The notes beneath the pieces were generated by a model. It saw only the letters and a program-made list of their open reading frames with translations. It was not told where the DNA came from and did no database searches. Shown piece after piece: positions 30,961-47,134 of a stretch of 64,000 nucleotides of DNA. This DNA is from the human T2T-CHM13v2.0 reference genome, Homo sapiens, in assembly GCF_009914755.1 (NCBI RefSeq), contig NC_060927.1. One strand, written 5' to 3'. How positions within the stretch are numbered: position 1 is the stretch's first letter; each line of letters begins with the position of its first letter. The position numbers and the translations under genes are program-made.

Positions 30961-32239
30961 CCTCACCAACACTGTGCCAGCCACATGTGAAGTGACAGGT
31001 GAATGCAGGCATCTTCTGCAGCTCCCGTCTTACTGACAAAAAGTAGCTTAACACATCAATATTACGTTAAAACAAGCCCAGAAGTAGAGTGCAAAATTCT
31101 CATGAATTTTTAAGAGGAAACGAGTAATTTCAAAGAGCCCTCAAGCTTGCAGCAGGCGATGCCAGCTCACCCCAGACTCCCAAGGGCCCGGAGAGGGAGC
31201 TCAGTAGGCACATTCACTGGGGGAGTCTGGGAAGCCTGAACTGCAGGGTCTGGCCCTGAAATGATCTGCTGCTTAAATTATTCATTATTTGTTCTTTTGA
31301 TAAATCTAATATCTCTCCACCCCGGTTGTAATTCCCTCATGGCAGGGCCTGCTCCCTTGCCCCTCCTTGATCTTCCCTTGTGTAGAAGGACCTGAAGGTC
31401 CCACTCCCCACTCCAGCCTCAGACACTTTGCCAAGATTGGGTCCTACTGGAGGGCAGACATAGGGTAGTCAATGTGCTCTAAGCCAAGCTAGGGAGAGCT
31501 TCAGACTGAAACAGGTTTAGCCTTGGCACTGCCAGACAGGCCAAGCACTGTCACCCCTGGATTCCTTTTCTCTGACTTTAGCAGCTGGGCTGGAGGACAT
31601 GGGCATGAGGCCATCCATTTGTCCCACTGGCTGATCCTGTTCCTGGCCACTATGATGTGATGAGTATGAGCATCTTTGCCTTCAAGGTGCCCCTAGTCTA
31701 AGCAGAGAATGGGGCAGGATCTTGAGCATCAGGACACCATGTGTGGTTGTACAGCTTGAGCACTGCACAAATGTCCCAACTGAGGGGGCCAGTCAGCACT
31801 CACTTGCTTATCTGTGAACTCTGGCACAGGGCTATCTGCCCACAGGAAGAGATACAAAACCACCATAGGGCTAAGTGGCAGCTCTAAGGATGTCATGTTC
31901 CTAAGACCAGAGTCAGGTCTGAGGAAGAAGCTGGGAAGCGGAGCCATGGGAGTCTGAGGCACCAGCTCCAATACTGGATCCCCAAACCCAGCAATGGGGA
32001 GAGGAGGGAGCAATTGTGTGTTAGTAAAAGAGCAGAAACCTTAGTTAGAAGGCAGAAAGAGCCTGGAAACCAAGAGAGACAATGAGAAGTCAGAGGAAGT
32101 AGGCAGGTCAGGGAAAAGCTGGGAGAATCTATGAACTGCATATTTACCTCTAACCCATTCCTTGCCCTTCTCCTGCCTGCTCGGTATTGCAGGGAACTGC
32201 CTTCCCCAGGCTCTCTAGTTCTCTGACTTCTGGGTAGTG

Positions 32240-32592
32240 TTATGTGCAAAATCTCTCTTTACTGTTCCAACTCTGGCTACATGCTGTTCCCTTCATCCAG
32301 AATATCCTTCTCCACCAGCCTAACTTTTTCAGAACTCAACTTAGGTATCACCTTCTCTAGGAAGTATTTCTACCCACACAGTCTGAATTGTACACATTTT
32401 CTTCAAGCCCAACAGCCTCCTGTGCTTCCCTGTTATAACAGACCATATTGTGTTGTTCATCCACTGACATAATCTATTCCCATCCCACCTCACATGGGCT
32501 CTGAACTTTCAGAAGGCAGGGTGTCATCTCTCATCTCTGCATCCCCAACATCTAGCACAGAGGAGGGGTCCAATAAATGTTGGTTGGATGCC
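32240..32592 (+). mobile_element. L2 3' fragment
   Basis: GGCAGGGTGTCATCTC...TCTAGCACAG...CAATAAATGTTGGTTGGATG. Confidence 0.65.
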
Positions 32593-32721
32593 TACTCTTT
32601 ATCAAGTGATTTGCATATGTTTTCTCATTGAATAATCACATAACCTGGCATGGCACAAACTGTCATTATCCTTCTCACTTCACAGATGAGTCTAAGTGAC
32701 TTTCCCAAAGTTGCCCTGTTA

Positions 32722-33060
<339 letters not shown>

Positions 33061-33194
33061 TCAGCCCTTCCCAGCTCCTGAACAGCTTCTCCTACTTGAA
33101 TGTTTTTCTAAGAGTCTTAGCACAATCCGCCCCTCCCACCCCACCCCAAGATGGATAACACCATTGCTAACCTCAGCCTTGAGATCTATGAGTT

Positions 33195-33425
33195 TTCTGG
33201 AGTTAGAATACTACCTAGGTTTAAATCTCTGTTCTGCTATTTGCTAGGTAACCTTAGGGAAGTTGCTTAATCTCTCCAAACTTTAGCTTCTTTATCTGTA
33301 AAATGGGTTCAAAAGAGTCTCTACCTTGTAAAGCTGTGTGAAACTTAAATAAGATGAGATATGCAAAGTCTTAGCATACCACCTGGACCATAGAAAGAAT
33401 TTTAAAATATCAGCTAGTAGTAATA
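33195..33425 (+). mobile_element. MIR
   Basis: ACCTTAGGGAAGTTGCTTAATCTCTC...TCTGTAAAATGGG core. Confidence 0.8.
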
Positions 33426-33459
33426 GAGTAAGTTGATTAATCAGATTATGTATTCTAAC

Positions 33460-33632
33460 TCACTGCTTCTTAAACTTCAATGTGCCCGTGATTAAATTGG
33501 GGGTTTCCTTAAAATGCAGATTCTGATGCAGGAGGTCTGGTGTAGAGCCCCAATTTTGCATTTCCAATAAGCTCCTGAGTAATGCTTCTGCTGCAGGTCC
33601 AACAGCCCCACCCTTTGAGTACCAAGGCTCTA
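33460..33632. mobile_element. MER5A
   Basis: TTAAAATGCAGATTCTGATGCAGGAGGTCTGG...TGCATTTCCAATAAGCTCC. Confidence 0.75.
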
Positions 33633-34903
33633 GGTCAATTAGGAGCAGGACCTTGAGAGTCAGGGGCTTAAAGGGGAGTGGAGGTGTATTATTTTGGAGT
33701 CAGGGGTCCTACCTGAGGTGGGATGAAACTGTGAATTTGGGAGGGGGTTCTGCGGTGGACCAAAAGGCAAGTAATAAGAGGGCAGAAGGGTGCCCTGTAG
33801 ACCAGTGTCCTCAGCTTTTCAGATTGTGGCAGAGGGGCAAGAGGAAAGGAAAGAAGGATTGGGACTTCCTTCCTGGGACCTACCCTCTCACCTGCAGAGG
33901 GGTGAGTCTTACAACACATGAGCATGTATCTAGCTGCCAACTGCTGCATCCATCTGTCCTCAGGGAGGAATGCTGGGGCTACAGAATGGCCAAGAGGCTG
34001 GGAACAACTGGTCCAGAAAGCAAGTAGCCCTAGGTTCCTGTTCACTGGGGAGTAATGGCCCATCTCTCTGCCCTCCATCCCAGCTAGGGGTATGCAGGAG
34101 GTGTAGGGAGGCCCTGAATGGCTGAGCTCCTGAGGTCTGGGTCTAGTCTGACTCCCCGTCTGCTCCCCGCAGGCAGCACATATACCCCACCCAGTGAAGG
34201 GCCCGCAATTTCTTTCTGACTTTAATAGTGGCCTTCCAGCCCTGGCACCCCACCTGGTCATTTTGCTCAGGCCTCGCTTGATGAAGCCTAATAGGGGCTT
34301 CATCCTAGGCCCACCATGTCCCAAGGTTTTTGGGGAGGGAGTGTGAACTGCAACAGATTTCTAAGGGAAGCATGTCTGTCAATAAATTTTAGATTCTAGG
34401 AACTGCCTATGAATGGAGTGTTGTCAAATAGCCCCCACCACAACCAATGTGATGACCAAAAAGCTCCTCTGGCTGGCTTTGGGTTTTTAGCATATGCACA
34501 TGGTTTTTTAAAAAGTCAGGGAGCACAGAAGAAATTATAAAAGAAGGCCCCAGATATCACCCTCCCTCCCCACCAACTCCCAGTGGGGCCACTCTGGACT
34601 CTTCCAGTTGCTTCTGCGTGTATTTCCCTCCAAGTCTCCAGATAATATGATTTTAACATACTTTCTAGACTTAATGATTTTAGGCATTATTTCTTAGTGC
34701 ATATGACTAAACTCAGGTTATGCAGGAAACTATTTTAAATGTCTCATTTTGATGTCTTTATAAGTGTAAATACCACCTTTATACTTCTGCTCCTAGGGCC
34801 ACCATGCCTCCAGAATGTCTCTTGACTCTCCCTTGGCAAGCTAAAGATATTAACTTCTCTCCCTACTCCTTCCTACCAACCCAAGATATGGCTTTACTTT
34901 AAG

Positions 34904-34932
34904 TTTTCTTTTCTTTTCTTTTTCTTTTTCTT

Positions 34933-34975
<43 letters not shown>

Positions 34976-35256
34976 AGACAGGCTGTCACTCTGTCACCCA
35001 TGCTGGAGTGCAGTTCTGTAATCTTGGCTCAATGCAAACTCTGCCTCCTGGGTTCAAGCAATTCTCCTGCCTTGACCTCCCAAGTAGCTGGGATTACAGG
35101 CATGCACCACCATGCCCGACTAATTTTTGTATTTTTAGAAGAGATGGGGTTTCACAATGTTGGCCTGGTTGGTCTCAAACTCCTGACCTCAAGTGCCTCA
35201 CCTGCCTCGGCCTCCCAAAGTGCTGGGATTATAGGTGTGAGCCACTGCATCCAGCC
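34904..35256 (-). mobile_element. AluS with a pure T40 tract (34935-34974)
   Basis: Alu dimer; TSD-like TTACTTTAAGTTTTC / TTACATTATGTTTTC. Confidence 0.95.
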
Positions 35257-36712
35257 TTACATTATGTTTTCAAGATTGATATTCTGTTCTACAACTCCAA
35301 TCAAGGTTTATGTTCTTTGTTTACAGGCTGAATCTAACAACTGAAAATCAAGAAGCAACGTTTACACATTACGACTAGGCAAATATTGATGGCAGTTCAG
35401 CCGATACAGTAAAGTACTATGAGCACACTGCTTTTCTTGCAAACTTTTTATTTCTCCTGGAGTTTCTATTTATCTTTCTTTTCTCTTGTCCTATTTGCTT
35501 ATATCACATCCTCACTTTTTTCAAACTTTCCATCATATCAAATATTCTAAGAAGCAAGGAATTATACTAAAAACATTTAATCACCAACCAACCCAATTTA
35601 ATTCCATTTATGGGGATCACTTATAGCAGAGAGCAATCAGAATAGACAGAGCCCTTGTCACCAAAGCACCAAGGAAGGGTGCTGGGAGCCCCTGGTTGTG
35701 CCAGCCATGAACTTCTCAGAATCCGGATCATGGCAAGGTCCAGGAGATCCTAGGAAGGGGCTGGCCAATGGAAGAATGGCGGCTCATGTTAGCTGCTATT
35801 TACAAACCCACTCAGAAGCACTTAAACTGGCACATCCTGGCTAGCCATTGGGCCTGCTAACAAGTCATTTTCCCTGTGCCTTCCTCTCATTTCCATCTAA
35901 ACTTGCTGCATTCTGGACTTGCTGTCCAGCCCCCTTCCCCACCGGGCTGTGCTGCAAGGGATCTCCTGTGTCCTAGACCCCATGTCTTCTTTCTTGGTTT
36001 ATCCCTCTTGTTTGTGCTAAATAGAAGATTAAGTTTTACCATTTTATATTCAATTCAGAAGACAATCTTAAACATATTTAACCACCAACTCATTAAAAAT
36101 TTTTAATCACTGGGCATCTTGTTACAAAATTACACAAAGACTCTGATATTTGAAAATCTCGTTTTCCTAAAGTTACCACCAGTGACATCCTATAGTTGAA
36201 AAAATGCTGTTTTGCAATTGCCTGAAAGTCAGAAAACAAGAGAGGAGGCCACAGTAGGCCATCGTTGGTGTGGAATTCCCATCCTCCTCTCGGGATGCTT
36301 CATGTACCAGGGTGATGCAGGGGTATACAATACATCAGCTACATCATTATCAATCTAGGTATTAAATACCAATAGATGATTAATTGTGTTCTTGTGATTT
36401 AGTTAAAAATTAAATGCAAATGGAAGTTCTAAAATTGTCCCCCTGGATCTCAGTGGGTCATCTTTCACAAGACTTGAGGTGCCCAGAATCCTACTTTTGG
36501 TACCACTGCTTTATTCAACATGCAGTTACTGAGTGTTTCTTATGCCCGTGTCTCCTGTTCTCCAGGAGCTCACTATTTAGAAGTGGGCACAGACAAAATA
36601 ACACACCATGACACCAAGAGTGATCAGTAATGTGATAGAGGGAAGCACAAATGCCTGTGGGGGCACTAATGAGGGACCTCACCCAAAGGAAGCAAAGTCT
36701 AATCAATTGCTT

Positions 36713-37033
36713 AGATGGATGTACAGATAAGTGGGTGCATAGGTGGATGGATGGATGCATGGATACATGGATGGATGGATGTATGAATGGATAGGTAGGT
36801 GGGCGGGTTGATGAATAGGTGGGTAGATAAATGGATGGATGGATGAATGGATTGATGGATGGATGGATGGATGGATGGATGGATGGATGGATGGATGAGT
36901 GGATGGATGGATGGATGGATGGATGGATGGATGGATGGATGGATGAGTGGATGGATGGATGGATGGATGGATGGGCGGGTGAGTGGATGGTTGGGTGAAT
37001 TGGTGGGTGGCTCAATGATTGGATGAATGGATG
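36713..37033 (+). repeat. (GGAT)n tetranucleotide array
   Basis: Direct reading; nearly pure core 36855-36972. Confidence 0.95.
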
Positions 37034-37972
37034 AGGAAACATCACAGAAGGCAGTAGAGAATGAGGGCTCAGTCCTGATTGGAGCAATCATCCCTTCCCT
37101 AGACTGTAAGGGGTGGAGACAATATATGAGTCATCCCTGGATTCCAGTGTCTGGCACAAGCCTGACACATGGTAGGCATTCAATAAATGTTTGTCAAGTG
37201 TGTGAATCAATGAGAGCTAATGAACACCAGGCATTGAGAGAGTTCAGCCAAATGTCTTACCCTTTCTGGGCCTCAGTTTCCCTCCATGTAAATTAGATAT
37301 GAAAACATGCACCACCAGAATTTATAACACTACTGGTGCTGCAAAAGGTAGACTATGCTTGTGAATCTGCTTTTGAATTCACTGTGCGGCAGGCCTCAGA
37401 GAAGTAGCATCTTTTACTTCACCCAGTTTAGCACTCCACCCTTTGATATGTGTGCATTAGCTTGATGCCTAACTATCGCAACATTGGGATACGTATTGTT
37501 ATGATCATGTCCCTTTGACAGATGAGGCTACTGAGGCTTGAATGGATGGATAAGCAACCTTGAAGCCAGACCCACCAATCCTGGCTCTGCTGTGTAAATC
37601 TGGGCAGATCACTTTACTTCTCTGAACCTCTCAAAGATGTAAAGATTAAATGAGATAAAGCATGTAAAGTGCCTGGCATGCAGGAGGTAATTAATGGTGT
37701 TTATTTGTTGCCCAAGCCAGGAAGTTGCAGAGACTGGATTGTGTTCTTTTTACCAAAGCATAATGCTACTGAAGCTTTTAAGTTAATCAACGAAAAAGAT
37801 TAAAATTCTGGTTGGTATATGGTGCTTCAATACATGTAGGGAAGATTTCAGTAACACACTGTGGAACCTGTAATATCTAGAACAACTCACATTGTCAGTG
37901 AGCTGCTGTGGCCGCCCCCGTTTGCTGCTCCACCACTCCTTCCGTGCAGTATGTGTCATTTCTTTTCCCCGC

Positions 37973-38074
37973 CTGCCCCCTGGTGGTAGATTTGGGGACC
38001 ACAGGCTCAGTCTCTTAACAACAGGCCTTGCAGGAGAGCCAGGCTCATGGCCGCCCCGCATTGCCCTCTGGTGA
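37973..38074 (-). promoter_or_regulatory. Two co-oriented CTCF core motifs
   Basis: Reverse complements CCACCAGGGGGCAG (37973-37986) and TCACCAGAGGGCAA (38061-38074) in unique, CpG-retaining sequence. Confidence 0.6.
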
Positions 38075-38139
38075 CTGCTGCTAGTTAGCACTTTGCAGAG
38101 AAGGAAAGGAGGAATACCGTATGCGCCAAGGAAAGGATT

Positions 38140-38340
38140 GAAAATGCACTGGCTGGATCTCACTCTCCTGCTCCATCGTTCACTGGTTGTGTGACCTTGG
38201 GCGTATCACTTAACTTCCCTGCATATTAGTTTCCCTTATTGGCAAAATGGGTAATACACCCACTCGGAGTTTTTGTGGTGAATAAGATAACTGAGTTAAA
38301 ACACCTAGCACAAAGTAGATGCTCCATAAAATGTAACTTC
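38140..38340 (+). mobile_element. MIR
   Basis: TGTGTGACCTTGGGC...AGTTTCCCTTATTGGCAAAATGGG. Confidence 0.75.
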
Positions 38341-39203
38341 TCTCCCAATAAAATGAAAAATAAACAGTACATCATCCAATTATTACAAACTGCCTTACCA
38401 GTTTCATAGCAGAGTCAAGTATCTTGATAGATTGGGCCACAGGGTAGGTCAGTTTAGAGGGCAGGGGGAGATAGACAAAGGGGATTGTTAGGAAAATTCA
38501 AGGCTTGGGTCACAGCTGAGGATTGCAGGTAAAGATTCAAGAAGACATTGAAGATCTCTAGTCTAGGGGGAGTGGCCAAGATGGCCGACTAGAAGCAGCT
38601 AGTGTGTGTGGCTCTTAGGAAGAGGAACGGAAAGGGTGAATAAATACGCACCTTCAACAGAAACCTCCAGATACTCGCACTGCGACTAATCAAGGAAACA
38701 ACACGACCAGGGAGGATAGAGAAAAGCAAGGCAGGATGACAGCCCACCTAGGAGCAACATAGAGCCAAGGGAACCTCCCCTGCCCAGGGAAGCAGTGGGT
38801 GAGTGGGCGACCCCAGGAAACCACATTTCTCCCACGGTTCTTTGCAACCCTTGAATCAGGATATCCCTTGTGAACCCACTTAGTCAGGTCCTTCAGCCTG
38901 ACACACGAAGCTATGTGGAGTCTCAGCAGAGCACCTGCTCAGGCACGCGTGCATGGAGACCCAGGAGCTTTGGATACTCCAGCTCCGGGCTTCCCAGCAA
39001 AAGTAACCGCAATTCTGACAAAGCAGGTTAGACCCCTATACATACCCCTAGGAAAAAGGCTGAATCCAGGGGGCCAAGCACTAATGGTCTGCAGGCCCCA
39101 CTTCCACAGTGCCTCACAGGATAAAAATTCCAGCCAGACACCAGTAGCAGCATGGCGCCTCCCTGGGATGGAGCTCCTGGGGGTAGGGCAGGCTGCCAGG
39201 TTT

Positions 39204-40872
<1,669 letters not shown>

Positions 40873-41057
40873 GCTGTTTTGCAGCCTTCACTGGTGATAC
40901 CTCCAGACACTGAAAAATCTGAGGTGACCATGCACTGGAGCAGACCCCCAGCATACTGTAGCAGCCTGACAGAAAGGTGGCCAGACTGTTAAAAGAAAAA
41001 AAAAATCCATCCAAAAGTCAGTAACCTCAAAGATTGAAGGCAAATAAGCCCAGAAAG

Positions 41058-44000
41058 ATGAGAAGGAGTCAGTGCCAGACCACTGAAAACTCAAAAAGCC
41101 AAAGTGTCCTCTTTCTCCCAAATGACCACATAACCTCTCCAGCAAAATTTCAGATGAGGCTGAGATAGCTAAAATGACAGAAGTAGAATTCAGAATATGG
41201 AAAGTTCAGAATATGGAAAGTTCATGGAACTAAAGGAGTACATTGTAACTCAATGCAAGGAAGCTAAGAATCATGCTAAAATATTGCAGGAGCTAACAAA
41301 GTAGCCAGTATAGAGAAGACTGTAACTGACCTGATAGAGCTGAAAGACACAGTACAGGAACTTCATAATGCAATCACAAGTATTAATAGCAGAATACAAC
41401 AAGCGGAGGAAAGAATATCAGAGCTTGAAGACTGCCTTTCTGAAATAAGACAGGCAGACGAGAGAGAAAAAATGAATAAAATGGAATGAACAAAACCTGC
41501 AAGAAAAAGAATGAGATTATGTGAAGAGACTGAATCTACGATTGATCAGTGTACCTGAAAGAGATGGGGAGAATGGAACCAACTTGAAAAACATATTTCA
41601 GTATATCCTTGAGAACTTCCTCAACCTAGCTAGAGAGGCCAGCATTCAAATTCAGGAAATGCAGAAAACCCCAGTGAGATACTCAATATGAATATCATCC
41701 CCTAAGACACATAATCATCAGATTCTCCAAGGTGGAAATGAAAGAAAAAATGTTAAAGGCAGCTAGAGAGAAAGGCTAGGTCACCTACAAAGGGAAGCCC
41801 ATAAGACTAACAGCAGACCCCTCAGCTGAAATTCTACAAGCCAGAAGGGATTGAGGGCCGATATTCGACATTCTTAAAGAAAAACATTCCAACCCAGAAT
41901 TTAATATTCAGCAAAACTAAACTTCATAAGCAAAGTAGAAATAAGATTTTTTCAGACAAACAAATGCTGAGGGAATTTGTTACCACCAGACCTGCCTTAC
42001 TTCCTGAAGAAAGCACTAAATATGGAAAAGAAAGACCATTAGCAGACACTACAAAAACACACTGAAATGTACAGACCAGTGACACTATAAAGCAACCACG
42101 TAAGTCTGCAAAATAAACAGCTAACATCATGATGACAGGATCAAATCTATACATACCAATACTAACCTTAAATGTGAATGGCACAATGCCCCAGTTTAAA
42201 AAACATAGAGTGGCAAGCTGGATAGAGAACCAAAGTCCAATGGTATGGTATCTTCAAGAGAGTCATTTCACATGCAACAACACACATAGCCTCAAAATAA
42301 AGGGATGGAGGAAAATCTACCAAGCAAATGGAAAACAGAAGAAAACAGGGGTTGCAATCCTAGTTTCTGACGAAACAGACTTTAAACCAACACGATCAAA
42401 AAAGACAAAGAAGGGCATTACATAATGGTAAAGGGTTCAATTCAACAAGAAGATCTAACTATCCTAAATATATATGCGCTCAACACAGGGGCACCCAGGT
42501 TCATAAAGCAGGTTCTTAGAGACCTTCAAAGAGACTTAGATTCCCACACAATAATAGTGGGAGACTCTAAAACCCCGCTGACAATATTAGATTATTGAGA
42601 AAGAAAATTAACAAAGACATTCAGGACCTGAACTCAGCACTGGATCAAATGGACTTGATAGACACCTACAGAACTCTCCACCCAAAAACAAGAGAATATA
42701 CATTCTTCTCATTGCTACATGGCACTTACTGTAAAGTTGATCACATAATTGGAAGTAAAATACTCCTCAGCAAATGCAAAGGAACCAAAATCATAAAAAA
42801 CACTCTCTTGGACCACAGTGCAATCAAATTCAAAATCAAAACTAAGAAATTCACTCAAAACCATACAATTTCATGGAAGTTGAATAACATGCTCCTGAAT
42901 GACTTTTTAATAAATAATGAAATTAAGGCAGAAATCAAGGAGTTCTTTCAAACTAATGAGAACAAAGATACCATATACCAGAATCTCTGGGACACAGCTA
43001 AGGGAGTGTTAAGAGGAAAATTTATAGCACTAAATGACCACATCAAAAAGTCAGATCTCAAGTTAACAACCTAACATCACAAAAGAAACTAGTTCTAAAA
43101 GAACTAGAGAACAAAGAACAAACAAATGCCAAAGTTAGCAGAAGTCAAGAAATAGAGCTGTACTGAAGGAGATAGTGACATGAAAAACCCTTCAAACAAT
43201 CAATGAATCCAGGAGCTGGTTTTTTGAAAAAAAATTAATAAAATAGGTAAACCACTAGCTAGACTAATAAAGAAGAAAAGAGAGAAGATTCAAATAAACA
43301 CAGCCAGAAACAACAAGGAGGATATTGGCACTGACCCCACAGAAATACAAACTACCATCAGAGAATATTATAAACACCTCTGTGCATATAAAGTAGAAAA
43401 TGTAGAAGAAATGGATAAATTCCTTGACACATACCCCTTCAAAGACTGAAACAGGAATAAATTGAATCCCTGAATAGATCAATAACGAGTGGTGAAATTG
43501 TGGCAGTAAGAAATAGCCTACTGATCAAAAAAAGTTCAAGACCAGACAGATTCACAGCTCAATTCTTCCAGACATACAAAGAAGAGCTAGTACCATTCCT
43601 ACTGAAGCTATTCCAAAAAATTGAGAAAGAGGGACTTCTCCCTAACTCATTCTGAGGCCAGCATCATAGAATGATACCAAAACCTGGCAGACATACAACA
43701 AAAAAAGGAAACTTTAGGCCAATATCCTAGATGAACATCAATGCAAAAATCCTCAACAAAATACTGGCAAACCAAATCCAGTAGCACATCAAAAAGTTTA
43801 TCCACCATGATCAAGCAGGCTTCACTGTGGATGCAAAGTTGGTTCAACATACACAAATCAATAAATGTGATTCATTACATAAATGGAACCAAAGACAAAA
43901 AGCACATAATTTTCTCAATAGAATGCAGAAAAGGATTTTTATAAAATTCAACATTAATTCATGTTAAAAACTCTCCATAAACTAGGTATTGAAGGAACAT

Positions 44001-45947
44001 ACCTCAAAATAATAAGAGCCATGTATGACAAACCCACAGCCAACATCATACTGAATGGGCGAAGGCTGGAAGCATTTTCCTTGAAAACTGGCAGAAGACA
44101 AGGATGCCCTCTTTTGCCACTCCTATTCAACGTAGTATTGGAAATTCTGGCCAGGGCAATCAGGCAGGAGAAAAAAAATGAATGGCATCCAAATAGGAAG
44201 AGAGGAAGTCAAATTATCACTGTTTGCAGATGACATGATTCCATATCTAGAAAACACCATAGTCTCAGCACAAAAGTTTATAAGCTGATAAACAACTTCG
44301 GCAAAGTCTCAGGATACAAAATCAATGTGCAAAAATCACTAGCATTTCTATACACCAACAACAGTGAAGCTGAGAGCCAAATCAGGAAAAAATTCCCATT
44401 CACAATTGCCGCAAAAAGAAGAGATACCTAGAAATACAGCTAACTAAGGAGGTGAAAGGTCTCTACAAAGAGAACCACAAACCACTGCTCAAAGAAATCA
44501 GAAAGGACACAAACAAATGGAAAAATATTCCATGCTCATGGATAGGAAGAATCAACATCATTAAAATGGCTATACTGCCCAAAGCAATTGATAGATTCAA
44601 TGCTATTCTTATTAAACTACCATTTACATTCTTCACAGAACTAGAGAAAACTATTTTAAAATTCATATGGAACCAAAATAGAGCCTGAATAGCCAAGGCA
44701 ATTCTAAGCAAAAAGAACAAAGCTGGAGGCATCATGCTACCTGACTTCAAACTATGCTACAGGGCTCAGTAACCAAAATAGCATGGTACTGGCACAAAAA
44801 CAGACACACAGACCAGTGGGACAGAATAGAGAACCCAGAAATGAGATCACACACCTGCAACTACCTGATCTTAGACAAACCTGAAAAAAACAAGCAATGG
44901 GGAAAGGATTCCCTATTCAATAAATGGTGCTGGTATAACTGGCTAGCCATATTGCAGAAGATTGGAACTGGATTCCTTCCTTACATCTTATACAAAAATT
45001 AACCCAAGATTGATTAAAGACTTAAATGTAAAACCCAAAACTATAAAAATCCTGGAAGACAACATAGGCAATACCATTCCGTATGCACGGCAAAGATTTC
45101 ATGGTGAAGATACCAAAAGCAATTGCAACAAAAGCAAAAATTGACAAATGAGATCTAATTAAATGTAAGAGCTTCTGCACAGCAAAAGAAACTATCAACA
45201 GAATAAACAGACAACCTACAGAATGGGAGAAAATATTTGCAAACTATGTATCTGACAAAGGTCTAATATCCAGAGTCTATAAGGAACTTAAACAAATTTA
45301 CAAGAAAAAAAACAAGCAACCCCATAAAAAAATGGGCAAATGACATGAGCAGACACATTTTGAAAGAAGACATACATGCAGCCAATAATCATGAAAAAAA
45401 GCTCAACAGCACTGATCATTAGAGAAATGCACATCAAAACTGTAATGAGGTACCATCTCACACCAGTCAGAATGGCTACTATTAAAAAGTAAAAAAAGAA
45501 ACCCAGATGTTGGTGAGGTTGTGGAAAAAAAGGAACACTTCTACACTGTTGCTGGGAGTGTAAATTAGTTCAGCCATTGTGGAAGGCAGTGTAACAATTC
45601 CTCAAAGACCTAAAGACAGAAATACTATTCGACCCAGCAATCCCATTGCTGGATATATACCCAAAGGAATATAAATCATTCTATTATAAAGACACATACA
45701 CATGTATGTTCACTGCAGCACTATTCACAATAGCAAAGGCATGGAATCAACCTAAATGACCATCAATGATAGACTGGATAAAGAAAATGTGGCACATATA
45801 CACCATGGAATACTCTGCAGCAATAAAAAGAAAGAGATGATGTCTTTTTCAGGGACATGGATGGAACTAGAGGCCATTATCCTTAGCAAACTAACACAGG
45901 AACATAAAACCAAATATTGCATTTTCTCACTCCTAAGTCGGAACTAA
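41058..45947 (+). pseudogene. Disrupted L1 ORF1p/ORF2p (endonuclease, RT, C-terminal domain)
   Basis: MTGSNLYIPILTLNVNG (EN start), [24 protein letters not shown] (RT); fragmented by stops and frameshifts. Confidence 0.93.
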
Positions 45948-46235
45948 ATGATAAGAACATCTGGACACATAGAGAACACACTGGGGCCTTTCAGAAGGTG
46001 AGGGTGGAGGAGGGAGAAGATCAGGAAAAATAACTAATGGGTACTAGGCTTGATACCCAGGTGATGAAATAGTCTGTACAACAAACCCCATGACACAAGT
46101 TTACCTATGTAACAACATGCACTTGTACCCCTGAACTTAAAAGTTAAAAAAAAAAGATCTACTCTATGACCTTAAGGAATGACCTCTACTGTGTTGTTAG
46201 GACATAAATGTGAAGCTTACAGGACACAGCAGAGG

Positions 46236-46405
46236 AGATGGAAGTGCAGATAAGTGGGGAGATAGGTAAATGGATAGATAGATGGATGAATAGCTGGGTG
46301 GATGGGTAAGGGTATAGGTGGATGGATTGGTGAGTAGATAGATGGATGGATGGATGGATGGATGGATGGATGGATGGATGGATGAGTGTATAGATGGATG
46401 GTTGG
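46236..46405 (+). repeat. (GGAT)n array
   Basis: Direct reading. Confidence 0.9.
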
Positions 46406-47134
46406 ACAATGGCAAGTGTTCTAGCAAGACAAGAAAGGACTGAGGGATAGGCCACCCAAGGCTCCCTGGAAGAGGGAATATTTAAGCTGCAGTAGAATCT
46501 GGATATGAAGAATTCTGCAGCAGACAAGCCAGAGAGAAGAAGGCAGGAGCAGGAGGTCGGGCTACTCTGGGACCAGGAACTTCACTCATATAAGGAGGAG
46601 CCCATGAAAACATTCAAACAGGGACATGATGCAGATATTGTATACAGCACCTTCACTTGACTTCTCTGTGTGGGTTGGCTGGGACAAAGAATGACTAGAT
46701 TTGGTCAAATGCACAAATAATTTAAGGCAACAATCTCTGAAACAAGTATTGAGTAGGAATAGCAAAGGGTCTGTCTCCTGGCCCTGGCAATTTTACTCAG
46801 AATCTGCTGGGCCTGCTACTACTCTGTGCAGGGTTGCAGTTGCCCCATCAGAGCCAACCGAGCTAGCTCCTCCTCGCTGCTGTACAGGGGGCGTGGCAGC
46901 TTCTCCTTCCACTGGGAGTCAGCCAGACATGATGCAGGGGCTGATCCCAGACCTGCTGAGCATCAGGATTACCTGGGAGACCCAGGTACTTATAAAACAA
47001 ACAAACAAACACACAAAACAAAAACTCCCAGCTCTAGCCCAAAACAACTGAAGCCAAATCTATAGGGTTTGGCCTTAGAATCAGAATTTTTAATAGCTCT
47101 GCAGGTGATGGAGATGTTTATACAGGTTTAGGAT

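Noticed and set aside
33689-34324. 211-aa minus-strand ORF
   Set aside because: No recognisable domain, non-ATG start and no exon evidence; consistent with a chance ORF in GC-richer DNA
36713-37033. GGAT array as an EWS-FLI1 response element
   Set aside because: That activity is established for GGAA repeats, not GGAT
36515-37091. 190-aa and 126-aa IHPS-repeat ORFs
   Set aside because: Translation of the (ATCC)n microsatellite; the same applies at 46186-46527 and 61573-62131
41189-41224. 16-bp tandem duplication TTCAGAATATGGAAAG in L1 ORF1
   Set aside because: Ordinary slippage-type mutation in a dead element
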